Below, piece by piece: positions 28,855-37,838 of a stretch of 64,000 bases of DNA (within the stretch, counting starts at the first letter, position 1; every line of letters begins with the position of its first letter). The position numbers and the translations under genes were made by a program. The stretch comes from Dehalococcoidia bacterium (GTDB lineage Bacteria; Chloroflexota; Dehalococcoidia; Lucifugimonadales; VXLM01), in NCBI GenBank assembly GCA_965220255.1, contig OZ244816.1:779720-843719 (forward strand), read 5' to 3'. The notes beneath the pieces are model-generated. The model made no database searches. It saw nothing but the letters and a program-made list of their open reading frames with translations, and was not told where the DNA came from.

Positions 28855-28880
28855 GGGCAACCACAGGGGTCGCCCCCTAC
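28855..28880. repeat. REP-E hairpin variant
   Basis: gggcaaccacaggggtcgccccctac. Confidence 0.6.
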
Positions 28881-28995
28881 AATGGGTAGCCGGGGTTTAT
28901 TTTCGTAGCAATGACAGGGGGTTGCTCGGATTGACGGGCTGTGACATGAGGTGCTCAAGGGTCGCAAAGGACGGGAACTCGGCGTTTCAGGACAT

Positions 28996-29022
28996 GGATT
29001 CCCGCGTGCGCGGGAATGACGG
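28996..29022. repeat. REP-A hairpin
   Basis: ggattcccgcgtgcgcgggaatgacgg. Confidence 0.8.
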
Positions 29023-29075
29023 ACGTTATGCAAGCGTCTTCTTACGTGGAAAAGACATTGGACAGGTGAACTTAG

Positions 29076-29978
29076 ATGGATAACGAGAGTCTTCTGGCAG
29101 AGGCTCGAGACAAGCACGGGGAGGCCTTAATTCTCGGTGAGCCTGCACTGGCGCACGCGGTGATCGAGCAGGCGCTCAGTCGCGGTTTGGGCCGGGCGGA
29201 ACTCTACCTGGAGGTATTGGCTCCTTCGCAGGTCAGGATCGGGGAGATGTGGCACGAGGGCAGGATCAATGTTGCCCAAGAGCACCTCGCGACGACGATA
29301 ACGATGGAGATGATGGACTTCTTGAGGCAGGGAATGGCGTCGCGGGCGGGACTGGGGGTGAGGGCCGTGGTGACGCCTGTGGAGGGCGACCAACACACTA
29401 TCGGGGCGCGAATGATAGCTGATTTTCTGGCGATGGACGGCTGGGAGGTCGATTTCCTTGGAAATGGAACGCCTGCCGATGATCTTGCCGAATTTGTTCG
29501 ACAGAGGAATGCCGATCTCGTTGCGCTCTCTTCCACCCTGCCTGAGTTCCTACCGAACGCCGGAAACGCCTCCAACGCGATCCGGGAACTGAACTCGCCC
29601 GTTCCGAAGATTCTGCTGGGCGGCAAGGCGCTCGACAAGGCGGACCGGGACATAGAAGGATTGGGATGCGACGCCACTGCGGGCAACATCTTGGAGGCGG
29701 TTGCGGAAGCGCGGCGACTCGTTGGCCTGACGGAGGAGAGGTTGACTCTCGAAGAGCAGTTGGGAGTGATGGGCAGACGGATCAATGAAGCGAGGGGCAG
29801 TCGGAAAATGACACAGCAGGCGCTGGCGGACGCATCGGGACTGGACCGGACGTATATCAGCCTGGTTGAGCATGGGAAGCAGAATCTCACTATTGGCGCG
29901 GCGCTTAAGATTGCCCATGCACTGGATGTACCGATCGGCAATCTACTGGCGTCCAGTGCCTCTGATCGAGAAGGGTAG
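29076..29978 (+). CDS. Cobalamin-binding (CarH/LitR-like B12 module) protein with C-terminal XRE-family helix-turn-helix
   Basis: IGEMWHEGRINVAQEHLAT is a W-x9-E-H motif. VVTPVEGDQHTIGARMIADFL is a D-x-H-x-x-G motif followed by a Rossmann-like B12 domain. The C-terminus MTQQALADASGLDRTYISLVEHGKQNLTIGAALKIAHAL is HTH_3-like. Confidence 0.8.
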   Translation: MDNESLLAEARDKHGEALILGEPALAHAVIEQALSRGLGRAELYLEVLAPSQVRIGEMWHEGRINVAQEHLATTITMEMMDFLRQGMASRAGLGVRAVVTPVEGDQHTIGARMIADFLAMDGWEVDFLGNGTPADDLAEFVRQRNADLVALSSTLPEFLPNAGNASNAIRELNSPVPKILLGGKALDKADRDIEGLGCDATAGNILEAVAEARRLVGLTEERLTLEEQLGVMGRRINEARGSRKMTQQALADASGLDRTYISLVEHGKQNLTIGAALKIAHALDVPIGNLLASSASDREG

Positions 29979-30070
29979 CGATATTTGGGTTACATGAAGA
30001 CGACAGTGTCGTTCTATCTCATAAACACATTGCGGCGAACCGGCTTGTTCATGAATAACCTACCGACGCG

Positions 30071-30090
30071 AATTGTCGTTATCTACAATT
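30071..30090. promoter_or_regulatory. Palindrome AATTGT-N8-ACAATT, candidate operator upstream of the RND gene
   Basis: Perfect 6-bp half-sites, 95 nt upstream of ATG 30185, directly downstream of the HTH gene. Confidence 0.3.
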
Positions 30091-30106
30091 GGTGTCAGAA
30101 AGTGCT

Positions 30107-30130
30107 CGCCCCCAACTACGGTCGGGGGCG
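30107..30130 (+). terminator. GC-rich hairpin (cgccccc-N10-gggggcg) followed by ttcttg; possible terminator of the B12/HTH gene
   Basis: 7-bp G/C stem, weak T tract. Confidence 0.3.
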
Positions 30131-30184
30131 TTCTTGCGAAGCGGCGCTGAATTGAACTAGAACGGACCCATTCAGGAGCGATAC

Positions 30185-33100
30185 ATGACATTCATCACCG
30201 GCCTAGCGGTCCGCAATCGGACGGTTACGGTTCTCGCCATAATCCTCGTTCTGACTGCGGGTATAACCGCCTACCGTTCGCTGCAGGTCGAGCTATTCCC
30301 CGAAATCGAGTTTCCTCTCGTAACGGTCTCGACAGCGTACCCGTCGGCGAATCCCGACGCCGTCGTCCGCGACGTGACTGCACCTATAGAGCGCGCGATT
30401 GCGGGAACGGCCGGGTTGGAGTCGGTCCAGAGCACTACCTTTGAAGGCAACTCGTTAGTATTGGCCACCTTTGTATATGGAACGGACATGGCCGCGGCGG
30501 CGGACCAGATCTCCTCCGCCGTGAAGGGGATATCGTTCAGCAGCGGGGTTGATGAACCCTCGGTGGGTCGGTTCAATCCCGACCAATTCCCGGTAATCCA
30601 GTTCAGCGTCCTGTCGGACAGGGGCGCCGACGACCTGCAGGGGATCGTCGCGTCGCAGGTGCTGCCGGCGCTTGCGGACATCGAGGGTATCCTGGATATC
30701 CAGGCTACGGGAGAGATCGAGCGGAGGGTACAGATCACCGCGAACGCCGATCGGTTGACGGCAAGCGGGGTCTCGATGTTCCAGATATCGAACGCCCTGA
30801 GAGAGAACAACGTAAGTCTTCCGGCGGGCGCCATCCTTGAAGGAGGGCAGGCGGTACTTGCGAAGACAACGCACACATTCAGCTCCGTCGATGACCTCAA
30901 GAATCTCATAGTGGGAACGTCGGAGTCCGGCCCTGTCCTTCTCGGAGACGTGGCGGACGTAAGCCTAGGGTCAGCAGCGCCGACGAGCATTTCCCGCACG
31001 AACGGCAAGCCGAGCGTGGGAGTTTCGATCGTCAAGGAAGCGGAAGCAAACACTATCGATGTTACGAGCGCCGTGCGTGACGCTCTGGACGGTCTCGAGG
31101 GGTTGCCGTCGGACGTGGAGATCGTCATCGTTTCGGACCAGGGGCCGAGCATTCAGCACCAGATCGACACCCTTCTGCGGGAGGCGATGTTCGGGTTCCT
31201 GTTCGCTGTGACGGTCGTATTCGCATTCATGCTGACGCTGAAGCCGACGGTCCCGCGAGGGCTGCTGAACACGCTTCGACCGACGGTAGTCATCGCACTG
31301 TCGATCCCGCTGAGCGTCTTCACGGGCGTGCTGCTGATGGCGTGGCAGGACATGTCGCTGAACTTCATGACACTGGGAGGACTGGCGATTTCCGTCGGTC
31401 GCGTGGTCGACGACGCGATCGTGGTATTGGAGAACGTCTATCGTCACATCCAGGCGGGTCGAGAGAGGTGGCGGGCGGCGCTTGAGGCGACGGCAGAGGT
31501 CGGCCCGGCGATCTTCGCATCGACGATGACCACCATCGTCGTGTTCGCGCCGCTGGCCTTCATCCAGGGGTTGGTGGGCGCGTTCTTCGCGCCATTCGCG
31601 CTCACGGTCAGCTTCGCCCTCGTCGCGTCGCTGGTGGTGGCGCTGACGGCCGTTCCGGTGCTGGGCGCTTATCTGCTTAGGCCCGGCGACCTGCCCGAAG
31701 GGGCGGGAGAAGAGGACGACACATTCGTCCAAGAGACGTGGATGCAGCGCCTGTATACTCCGATAATCAAGTGGACGCTCCGGCATAAGGCGATCACTTT
31801 GATAGCCGCCTTCGCGCTGACCATCGGAAGCATGGGACTGACGTTCTTCATTCCCGTCACGCTCTTCCCAAGCGGGGGCGATCGACTTATGCAAATCGAA
31901 CTCTCCCTTCCTCCCGGAACTCCGCCCGACCGAACTCTGGCCCAAGTGGTCGAAATCGAGGAGCGGGTGAGCGGCGTCGCCGAGGTGTACAGCACCACAA
32001 TCGGCGCGTCGAGCGTGTCGTTTGGGGGCAGGCCGGGCGGACTCAACCAGGCCGGAATCCTGGTGAATCTGTCGGATGACGCGCCGGAAGACATCGCCCA
32101 GACCCTGAGAGAAGAGCTCGACACGGGTGGGCGAACCTTGAGAATTCGGGAGGTGCAGAGCGGCCCCCCGACCTCCGGTCTCGATGTCAGAATCACGGGA
32201 TCGAACTACGACGATATCGTCGCGGTCTCCGAGCAACTGACGACCTCGTTCAGCGAACTGGATGGGGTCATCAACATCGAGAACAACGTTGCGGAGGCGC
32301 GCGATGAGGCATCCATTCTGGTCGACCCGGGGAAGGCGGCGAGCATCGGCTTGAGCACGAGGCAAGTCGGCCTGCAGCTGAGCCAGTACCTCATCGGCGA
32401 GACGGTCACCCGAATAACCATCAACGATACGGTTACCGACGTGGTGTTGTCGGGCGACCGCAGGGCAATGTTAGGCGGGATAGCGGCGGTTGAGAGTCTC
32501 ACTATTACGGGACCGCTCGGCTCGGCTCCACTCGGGAGCCTGGCGGAAGTGGTCGTGAGGGAAGGCCCGGTGACGATCAGCCGGACGGACGGCATTCGGT
32601 CGGCCACCATCACGGGTGACATCGTAGCCGAGGATGCACAGCAGGTCGGGAGTCTGATCGACGAGAAGATAGCCGCGATAGCGCTGCCTCCGGGCGTGTC
32701 AATCACAAGCGGCGGGCTGTTCGCGGACATCGCCGAGGGGTTCCAGGCCATCTTCATCTCGATGGCCGTTGGAATCGTACTGGTATACCTGGTCATGGTG
32801 ACGAGCCTTGGGTCCCTGAGGAACCCCATCGTCATCGTCACCACCCTACCCTTCGCGCTGATCGGCGCTCTGGCCGCGCTGGTCATAACCGACAGGTCGC
32901 TGGGCCTGCCCGCCATGATGGGCATCCTGCTGCTGATCGGAATCGTGGTGACGAACGCCATCGTGCTGATCGCCTTCGTCGAGCAGCTTCGGGAGAAGGG
33001 AATGTCGGTCTACGACGCCCTCATCAACGGCGGACGAGTGCGGCTGCGTCCAATTCTCATGACCGCCCTGACGACGAGCTTCGCGCTGCTGCCGTTAGCA

Positions 33101-33292
33101 GCGGCTTCATCGGACGAAGGGGGGATCATCAGCGCAGAGTTGGCGACCGTGGTTATCGGGGGGCTGATGAGCTCGACAGGGCTCACGCTCATCGTGGTGC
33201 CGGTGGTGTACAGCATATTCAATGAGAGCATTCCGAATATGTTCCGGCGCATTGGCGGCGCACTGAGTCGGAAGCCTGCGGCGTCGACCTGA
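30185..33292 (+). CDS. RND (AcrB/HAE-type) efflux transporter permease
   Basis: 1035 aa, 12-TM/two large loop architecture; typical N-terminus ...RNRTVTVLAIILVL.G..AY.SL.VELFPEIEFP.V.V; no membrane-fusion or outer-membrane partner genes adjacent. Confidence 0.9.
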   Translation: MTFITGLAVRNRTVTVLAIILVLTAGITAYRSLQVELFPEIEFPLVTVSTAYPSANPDAVVRDVTAPIERAIAGTAGLESVQSTTFEGNSLVLATFVYGTDMAAAADQISSAVKGISFSSGVDEPSVGRFNPDQFPVIQFSVLSDRGADDLQGIVASQVLPALADIEGILDIQATGEIERRVQITANADRLTASGVSMFQISNALRENNVSLPAGAILEGGQAVLAKTTHTFSSVDDLKNLIVGTSESGPVLLGDVADVSLGSAAPTSISRTNGKPSVGVSIVKEAEANTIDVTSAVRDALDGLEGLPSDVEIVIVSDQGPSIQHQIDTLLREAMFGFLFAVTVVFAFMLTLKPTVPRGLLNTLRPTVVIALSIPLSVFTGVLLMAWQDMSLNFMTLGGLAISVGRVVDDAIVVLENVYRHIQAGRERWRAALEATAEVGPAIFASTMTTIVVFAPLAFIQGLVGAFFAPFALTVSFALVASLVVALTAVPVLGAYLLRPGDLPEGAGEEDDTFVQETWMQRLYTPIIKWTLRHKAITLIAAFALTIGSMGLTFFIPVTLFPSGGDRLMQIELSLPPGTPPDRTLAQVVEIEERVSGVAEVYSTTIGASSVSFGGRPGGLNQAGILVNLSDDAPEDIAQTLREELDTGGRTLRIREVQSGPPTSGLDVRITGSNYDDIVAVSEQLTTSFSELDGVINIENNVAEARDEASILVDPGKAASIGLSTRQVGLQLSQYLIGETVTRITINDTVTDVVLSGDRRAMLGGIAAVESLTITGPLGSAPLGSLAEVVVREGPVTISRTDGIRSATITGDIVAEDAQQVGSLIDEKIAAIALPPGVSITSGGLFADIAEGFQAIFISMAVGIVLVYLVMVTSLGSLRNPIVIVTTLPFALIGALAALVITDRSLGLPAMMGILLLIGIVVTNAIVLIAFVEQLREKGMSVYDALINGGRVRLRPILMTALTTSFALLPLAAASSDEGGIISAELATVVIGGLMSSTGLTLIVVPVVYSIFNESIPNMFRRIGGALSRKPAAST

Positions 33293-33293
33293 G

Positions 33294-33313
33294 GGATTCA
33301 CCACAGAGTGGAG
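33294..33313. repeat. REP-G partial copy
   Basis: ggattcaccacagagtggag. Confidence 0.5.
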
Positions 33314-33317
33314 TCTT

Positions 33318-33344
33318 GGATTCCCGCGTACGCGGGAATGACGG
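33318..33344. repeat. REP-A hairpin
   Basis: ggattcccgcgtacgcgggaatgacgg. Confidence 0.8.
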
Positions 33345-33510
33345 AATGTGACGGTCTGTAATTCATGGACGGTAGGGGCGAGTGGCATCTTCACGTGAAT
33401 GCCAGTTGCGCGGTTGTTGCTATGTGCGGGCATTTCAGGGATTATTGCGCTGTCATGCCAAGAACCATTTAGATCTTCGGAACTGCCGGCGTCCATAGGC
33501 AGGGGGGCAC

Positions 33511-34533
33511 ATGCTTACCAAGGAACATATCGACTACCGAGACGATGACAAGGAGATCTGGGAATCGGAGCTGGAGGACTGGGTGCCGCAGCGGGTCTAC
33601 GACTGCCACATGCACATGCTCGACAACAGCCTCATCGCCGAGGACAGCAAGTACCGGGACCTGTATCCCGACACCGACTTCGCGACGGCGAAGGCGTGGC
33701 ACAACCTGGTATTGCCTGGACGAGAGACACATTTCCTCATGCTGGGGAGGCCTGCTACGGGCACGGACGTGTACGGCCACAACACGTTCATGCACCGGGA
33801 GATGCAGTCCGATCCCCTCTCGCGCCGGAACCGGCTGACGATGCCGAGCGACAGCCCGGAAGAGATCGAGCGTGACGTCAAGGAGCGGGGCTTCGTGGGG
33901 CTGAAGGTGTACCGCATGTACTCCGTGACGGGGGACATGAAGGACTGCCGCATCCACGAGTTCCTGCCGCACGAGCAGATGGAGGTCGCCAGCGAACTGG
34001 GACTGTGGGTGACGATGCACCTGTCCCGCGCCGGGGGCGGCGACGAACAGAATCTGCGGGACCTCGAGGAGTACACGACCAAGCGCTATCCGGGGATCCG
34101 GTGGATTCTCGCACACTGCGCGCGGTCGTTCGTCTACTGGCAGATGGAGCGGGGGATAGGCCGCCTCAAGGCGATGCCGAACATCTGGTACGACACGTCC
34201 GCCGTGACCGACGTCCGCCCGTTCATCACGCTGTTCCGCGAGGAGGACCACCGGCGCATCTTCTACGGCACGGACGGCATCGAGTCTGTCTCCTTCCACG
34301 GCTCGTACACGGCTTTCGGCAAGACGCACCAGATGCTGGAAACCGACAAGGTGCCGTATCTGCACTTCGACCACTCGGACTACCGGCCCGTCATCTGCCT
34401 GTACGAACAGCTCCTCGCGATGAAACAGGCGGCGGCGATTGCAGAGCTTTCACGCGATCAGATCGAGGACATATTCTGGCGGAACGCCGTGCGGGAGCTG
34501 GGGGTCGACTGGCCGGAGGGACCAGAGGGATAA
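33511..34533 (+). CDS. Amidohydrolase-2 (ACMSD-like metal-dependent hydrolase) family protein
   Basis: 340 aa; YDCHMHML H-x-H metal motif, later HLSRAGG, ILAHCA, FYGTDG. Confidence 0.75.
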   Translation: MLTKEHIDYRDDDKEIWESELEDWVPQRVYDCHMHMLDNSLIAEDSKYRDLYPDTDFATAKAWHNLVLPGRETHFLMLGRPATGTDVYGHNTFMHREMQSDPLSRRNRLTMPSDSPEEIERDVKERGFVGLKVYRMYSVTGDMKDCRIHEFLPHEQMEVASELGLWVTMHLSRAGGGDEQNLRDLEEYTTKRYPGIRWILAHCARSFVYWQMERGIGRLKAMPNIWYDTSAVTDVRPFITLFREEDHRRIFYGTDGIESVSFHGSYTAFGKTHQMLETDKVPYLHFDHSDYRPVICLYEQLLAMKQAAAIAELSRDQIEDIFWRNAVRELGVDWPEGPEG

Positions 34534-34556
34534 GGGGGCCTTTCACCCTCACCCCA

Positions 34557-34580
34557 ACCCTCTCCCGCGAACGGGAGAGG
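34557..34580. repeat. REP-B-like hairpin (ccctctcccg-cgaa-cgggagaggg)
   Basis: Directly abuts the degenerate left end of the MITE at 34581. Confidence 0.65.
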
Positions 34581-34807
34581 GGGTAGGCATTTGGTGTTCC
34601 ATACTTGCGAGTTATAGCCCCATCACTGTCATTCCGAATGTAGCGAAGCGGAGTGAGGAATCTAAAATGTTCGCCCTTCAAACCGAGCCCTGCACTCTGA
34701 AACATCCATGACGATGGCACAGCATTTTAGATTCCTCGCTTCGCTCGGAATGACAGACAGGTAGGGCCCGGAACATAGCTATAACTTCTTTTGCCTACCC
34801 CTGTCAG
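34581..34807. mobile_element. MITE related to 9477..9754, left terminus degenerate
   Basis: Left end ggtaggcatttgg lacks the ctgaca start. Right end is ...ttgcctacccctgtcag. Same internal REP-C inverted pair (gtcattccgaatg..gaatctaaaatg / cattttagattcc..cggaatgacag). Confidence 0.55.
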
Positions 34808-34840
34808 CCCGCGACGGGAGAGGGGGAAATCTGCCACTTC

Positions 34841-35515
34841 CTAGCCGCGTTCGATGCCGCGCGAGGGGCAGCGTGCGGCGAGGACGCAGGAATCGCAGCG
34901 GGGGCGGATCGCCTTGCAGACCTTGCGACCGTGGTTGATGAGGTAGAGGTGGAAGGCGAAGACGTCTTCGGGGGCGACCATGGGCTCGAGGATGTCGTGG
35001 GCCTGGTCGGCTGAGACCTTCGGGCCGATGAGGCCGAGCCGTCGAGCGACTCGGTAGATGTGCGTATCGACCGGCATGGCGGGGAGGCCAAGGGAGAAGC
35101 AGAGGATGATGGCCGCGGTCTTGGGGCCGATGCCGTTGAAGCGCTTGAGCCAGTCCTTCGCCTCGTCCAGGGGCATCTCGGCGAGGAACGAAAGGTCGAA
35201 GGAGCCGACCTCGTCGTGGACGTCATTCAGCACCTGCTTGATGCGGGGCGCTTTGACGCGGAAGAGGCCGGCGCGCCTGATCGCACTCTCGATGTCGGCA
35301 ACATCCGCCGCCGCGATGGCCTCCAGGGTGCCGAACGTGTCCATGAGGTTGTCGAAGGCGCGCTCGGAGTTGATGTCCGAGGTGTGCTGCGAGAGGATGG
35401 TGTAGACGAGCTCGGAGGCGGGATCGTAGCGAGGTTCCCAGTGGAAGGGACCGTACTCGGGGCTGAGGGCGTCCATGACCTCGACGGCGGACATGCGCTT
35501 GACTCTAGGCGTCAC
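34841..35515 (-). CDS. nth: Endonuclease III
   Basis: HhH-GPD core (LNGIGPKTAAIIL, PVDTHIYRVARRLGL) and C-terminal C-x6-C-x2-C-x5-C iron-sulfur motif. Confidence 0.9.
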   Translation of the reverse strand: MTPRVKRMSAVEVMDALSPEYGPFHWEPRYDPASELVYTILSQHTSDINSERAFDNLMDTFGTLEAIAAADVADIESAIRRAGLFRVKAPRIKQVLNDVHDEVGSFDLSFLAEMPLDEAKDWLKRFNGIGPKTAAIILCFSLGLPAMPVDTHIYRVARRLGLIGPKVSADQAHDILEPMVAPEDVFAFHLYLINHGRKVCKAIRPRCDSCVLAARCPSRGIERG

Positions 35516-35604
35516 GGGCAGACCTCATAGGGGGAGTGTTGATGGCGGCGGAAAATCGCCCTCGCAAAGCGCAGTATCTCACTTGCACTCAACCTTGACA
35601 AACG

Positions 35605-36618
35605 TTGCGAGACTCGATTACTTTCCGTGCCTGCTATCGCACAACACATTCGCCCCGTTACACTGATCAACTACCTCGACGGAATCACATCGCAGTGACG
35701 CTCCCCGATCTCCTAACCGACCTGACCGACGTGGAAAAGCCCGTGACGTATTCGGGCCTCCTGCAGCTTTCCGACCTGCCCACGGAAGGCCTGGCGGAGC
35801 TCAAGACCGTATGGCCTGGGCTACCGGTAGAGCGTAGGCGCGAGGTCGTTCGGAAACTCGTCGAGCTGGCCGACGACAACGTGGAGTTCGACTTCAGCTC
35901 GATATTCAAGTCGTGTCTGTCGGACGACGACGATGCGATACGGGAGAAGGCTGCGCGGGGTCTCTGGGAGACGGAGGACCGGGCGATGATCCGTCCACTT
36001 GTCAAGCTGCTGGAAGATGACCCATACCCTGAGGTTCGGGCGGCGGCCGCCATGACGCTGAAGAACTTTTCGATGATGGCGCAGAACGGCAAGCTGCTCG
36101 CCAAAGATTGTGACAGGGTACGATCCGCGCTTCTGGCGGCGGTCAACAGCCCGACGGAGGATGTCGACGTTCGGCGGCGGGCGTTGGAGGCGGTGGCCAG
36201 CTTCAATACGTCAGAGACGAACAGCGCGGTCTGGGACGCGTATGAATCCGACAATCCGACGCTAGTCCAGAGCGCGATCTATGGGATGGGACAAAGCTCG
36301 AACGCCGACTGGCTGCCAACGGTCGTCGACGAGACGTCAAATCCCCAGGCGGCAATCCGGTACGAAGCGGCTACGGCGTGCGGACTTCTCGGCGAAGAGG
36401 GGTTGGTTCCACGCCTCGTGCGACTTCTCAGCGACGACGATTCGGAGGTGCGCTTGGCCTCGATCAAATCGATTGGGATGATAGGGGGCGCGATGGCGAA
36501 GAACGTGCTCCAGCAGCACCTCAATGACGGCGATGCCTCAATAGAAGAGGCCGCCCAGGAAGCCCTGAGCGGCCTCGAATTCGAGGACGATCCGCTTAGC
36601 TACCAGTTCGGGGCGTAG
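35605..36618 (+). CDS. HEAT-repeat protein
   Basis: Repeated ..D.D..VR..A...L.. units (PEVRAAAAMTLKNF, VDVRRRALEAVASF, SEVRLASIKSIGMIGG); an in-frame GTG at 35695 is an alternative start. Confidence 0.65.
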   Translation: MRDSITFRACYRTTHSPRYTDQLPRRNHIAVTLPDLLTDLTDVEKPVTYSGLLQLSDLPTEGLAELKTVWPGLPVERRREVVRKLVELADDNVEFDFSSIFKSCLSDDDDAIREKAARGLWETEDRAMIRPLVKLLEDDPYPEVRAAAAMTLKNFSMMAQNGKLLAKDCDRVRSALLAAVNSPTEDVDVRRRALEAVASFNTSETNSAVWDAYESDNPTLVQSAIYGMGQSSNADWLPTVVDETSNPQAAIRYEAATACGLLGEEGLVPRLVRLLSDDDSEVRLASIKSIGMIGGAMAKNVLQQHLNDGDASIEEAAQEALSGLEFEDDPLSYQFGA

Positions 36619-36685
36619 GCTTGCTGCACGCTCTCGTGGTCGAGAGCGTGCAAAATACGGTCTGCCGTCTCTTGGGCGATCAGAC

Positions 36686-37186
36686 TTATTCCGTTACAGT
36701 TACAGTGCCACCGCCTGCCTCATTCCAGTCCACAGAGACCTCCGGCTCTTCCATAGTGCTGCCCTCTGCCGGAAGCCATACTACAGAGAACTCCGGCTCT
36801 TCTCCATTCCTGACCACAGAAACCTCCGGCTCTTCCATAGTACTGCCGTCTGCCGGAAGCCATACTACAGAGAACCCCAGCCCGTCGTCCGAATTAGCCA
36901 AGAGGACACTCGTTCCTATGCCGACAGCTGCCAGCACGACCGCCAACCCAATCCCGATACCCGTTAGTTTTCTCATCTCAACTCCTTCCTTGTGTTCTTT
37001 GAACGCGGCTCCCACGAGGTCGAAGATCATCTGCATCCATACAAGCAGCCCTCGGAAGCCGCCACCATCTCGACGCATCCGGTCGCGAAACAGCTGGAAC
37101 ATCAGCTCACCGTATTCGCGTCGGTGTTCCCGTGGATACACCACGAGCAGCCGGCGGTACACCCTTTCGGAGAGCACCTCAGACAC
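36686..37186 (-). CDS. PadR-associated single-pass membrane protein with tandem 28-aa repeat
   Basis: GTG 37186 overlaps the PadR stop (gtgtctga). N-terminus VSEVLSERVYRRLLVVYPREHRREYGELMFQLFRD is of the type usually found downstream of padR. One TM helix. The C-terminus repeats FSVVWLPA(D/E)GSTMEEPEVSV. Confidence 0.55.
   Translation of the reverse strand: MSEVLSERVYRRLLVVYPREHRREYGELMFQLFRDRMRRDGGGFRGLLVWMQMIFDLVGAAFKEHKEGVEMRKLTGIGIGLAVVLAAVGIGTSVLLANSDDGLGFSVVWLPADGSTMEEPEVSVVRNGEEPEFSVVWLPAEGSTMEEPEVSVDWNEAGGGTVTVTE
36731..36875. repeat. Tandem direct repeat, 84-nt period (about 1.7 units) inside the CDS
   Basis: cacaga(g/a)acctccggctcttccatagt(g/a)ctgcc(c/g)tctgccggaagccatactacagagaac at 36731 and again at 36815. 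Confidence 0.75.
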
Positions 37187-37544
37187 CCGGCCTTCGCATG
37201 GCAAGGGCCTGTCTCGCCCTGGCAGTGCGAGCGAGCTGCTCCATCCGGCTGACCTCAGCGTAGAGGACTCGCCCACCCAGACCAGTGATCCGGTAGTAGC
37301 GGCGACGTTCATCGTCCAGTTCAGGGTCAGGCCGTTCGTCGCTCTCCTCGACCAGCCCGGCATTCAGCATCTTCTTGACGGTCCCGTAGAGCGTACCCGG
37401 GCCCATCGTGACCGCCCCGTCGGTCAAGACCTCGACCTCTTGCATAATCGCGTAACCGTGCTTGTCCCCGGTGGCCAATACCATCAGGATGTGAAGTTGC
37501 GAGACCGGGAGAGGAAGCATGTCCCCTGGGCTTCGATTCGTCAT
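37179..37544 (-). CDS. PadR family transcriptional regulator
   Basis: LHILMVLATGDKHGYAIMQEVEVLTDGAVTMGPGTLYGTVKKMLNAGLVE; strong RBS aaggaggtg 7 nt before ATG 37544. Confidence 0.85.
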   Translation of the reverse strand: MTNRSPGDMLPLPVSQLHILMVLATGDKHGYAIMQEVEVLTDGAVTMGPGTLYGTVKKMLNAGLVEESDERPDPELDDERRRYYRITGLGGRVLYAEVSRMEQLARTARARQALAMRRPGV

Positions 37545-37648
37545 TGCCAAACACCTCCTTTCGTGTGACAATTCTGATTGTTCCAAATGTATCGCTATAT
37601 AATATATCGTTATTCGATATAGTTGTCAATCCCTCTTTGGCGTCGAGA

Positions 37649-37756
37649 GTGTTCAGAGTTGATGAGGGGGAAACCCTATCCCCTGTGGATACCCGCTTTC
37701 GCGGGTATGACGGTGGCTGTGTATGCGTCGAGAGGGATCTCACGAAGGCTGAACAG
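37649..37756. repeat. REP-F composite element
   Basis: gtgttcagagttgatgaggg ... internal REP-A 37687..37713 ... tctcacgaaggctgaacag. Confidence 0.7.
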
Positions 37757-37838
37757 TTGCGGCTTCACTCCCCTCTCCCCTCGGCGCGCGGTGATATAAT
37801 TCCGCCGACTTAGAAACCTCAGCTACCGGACTCCGCAC

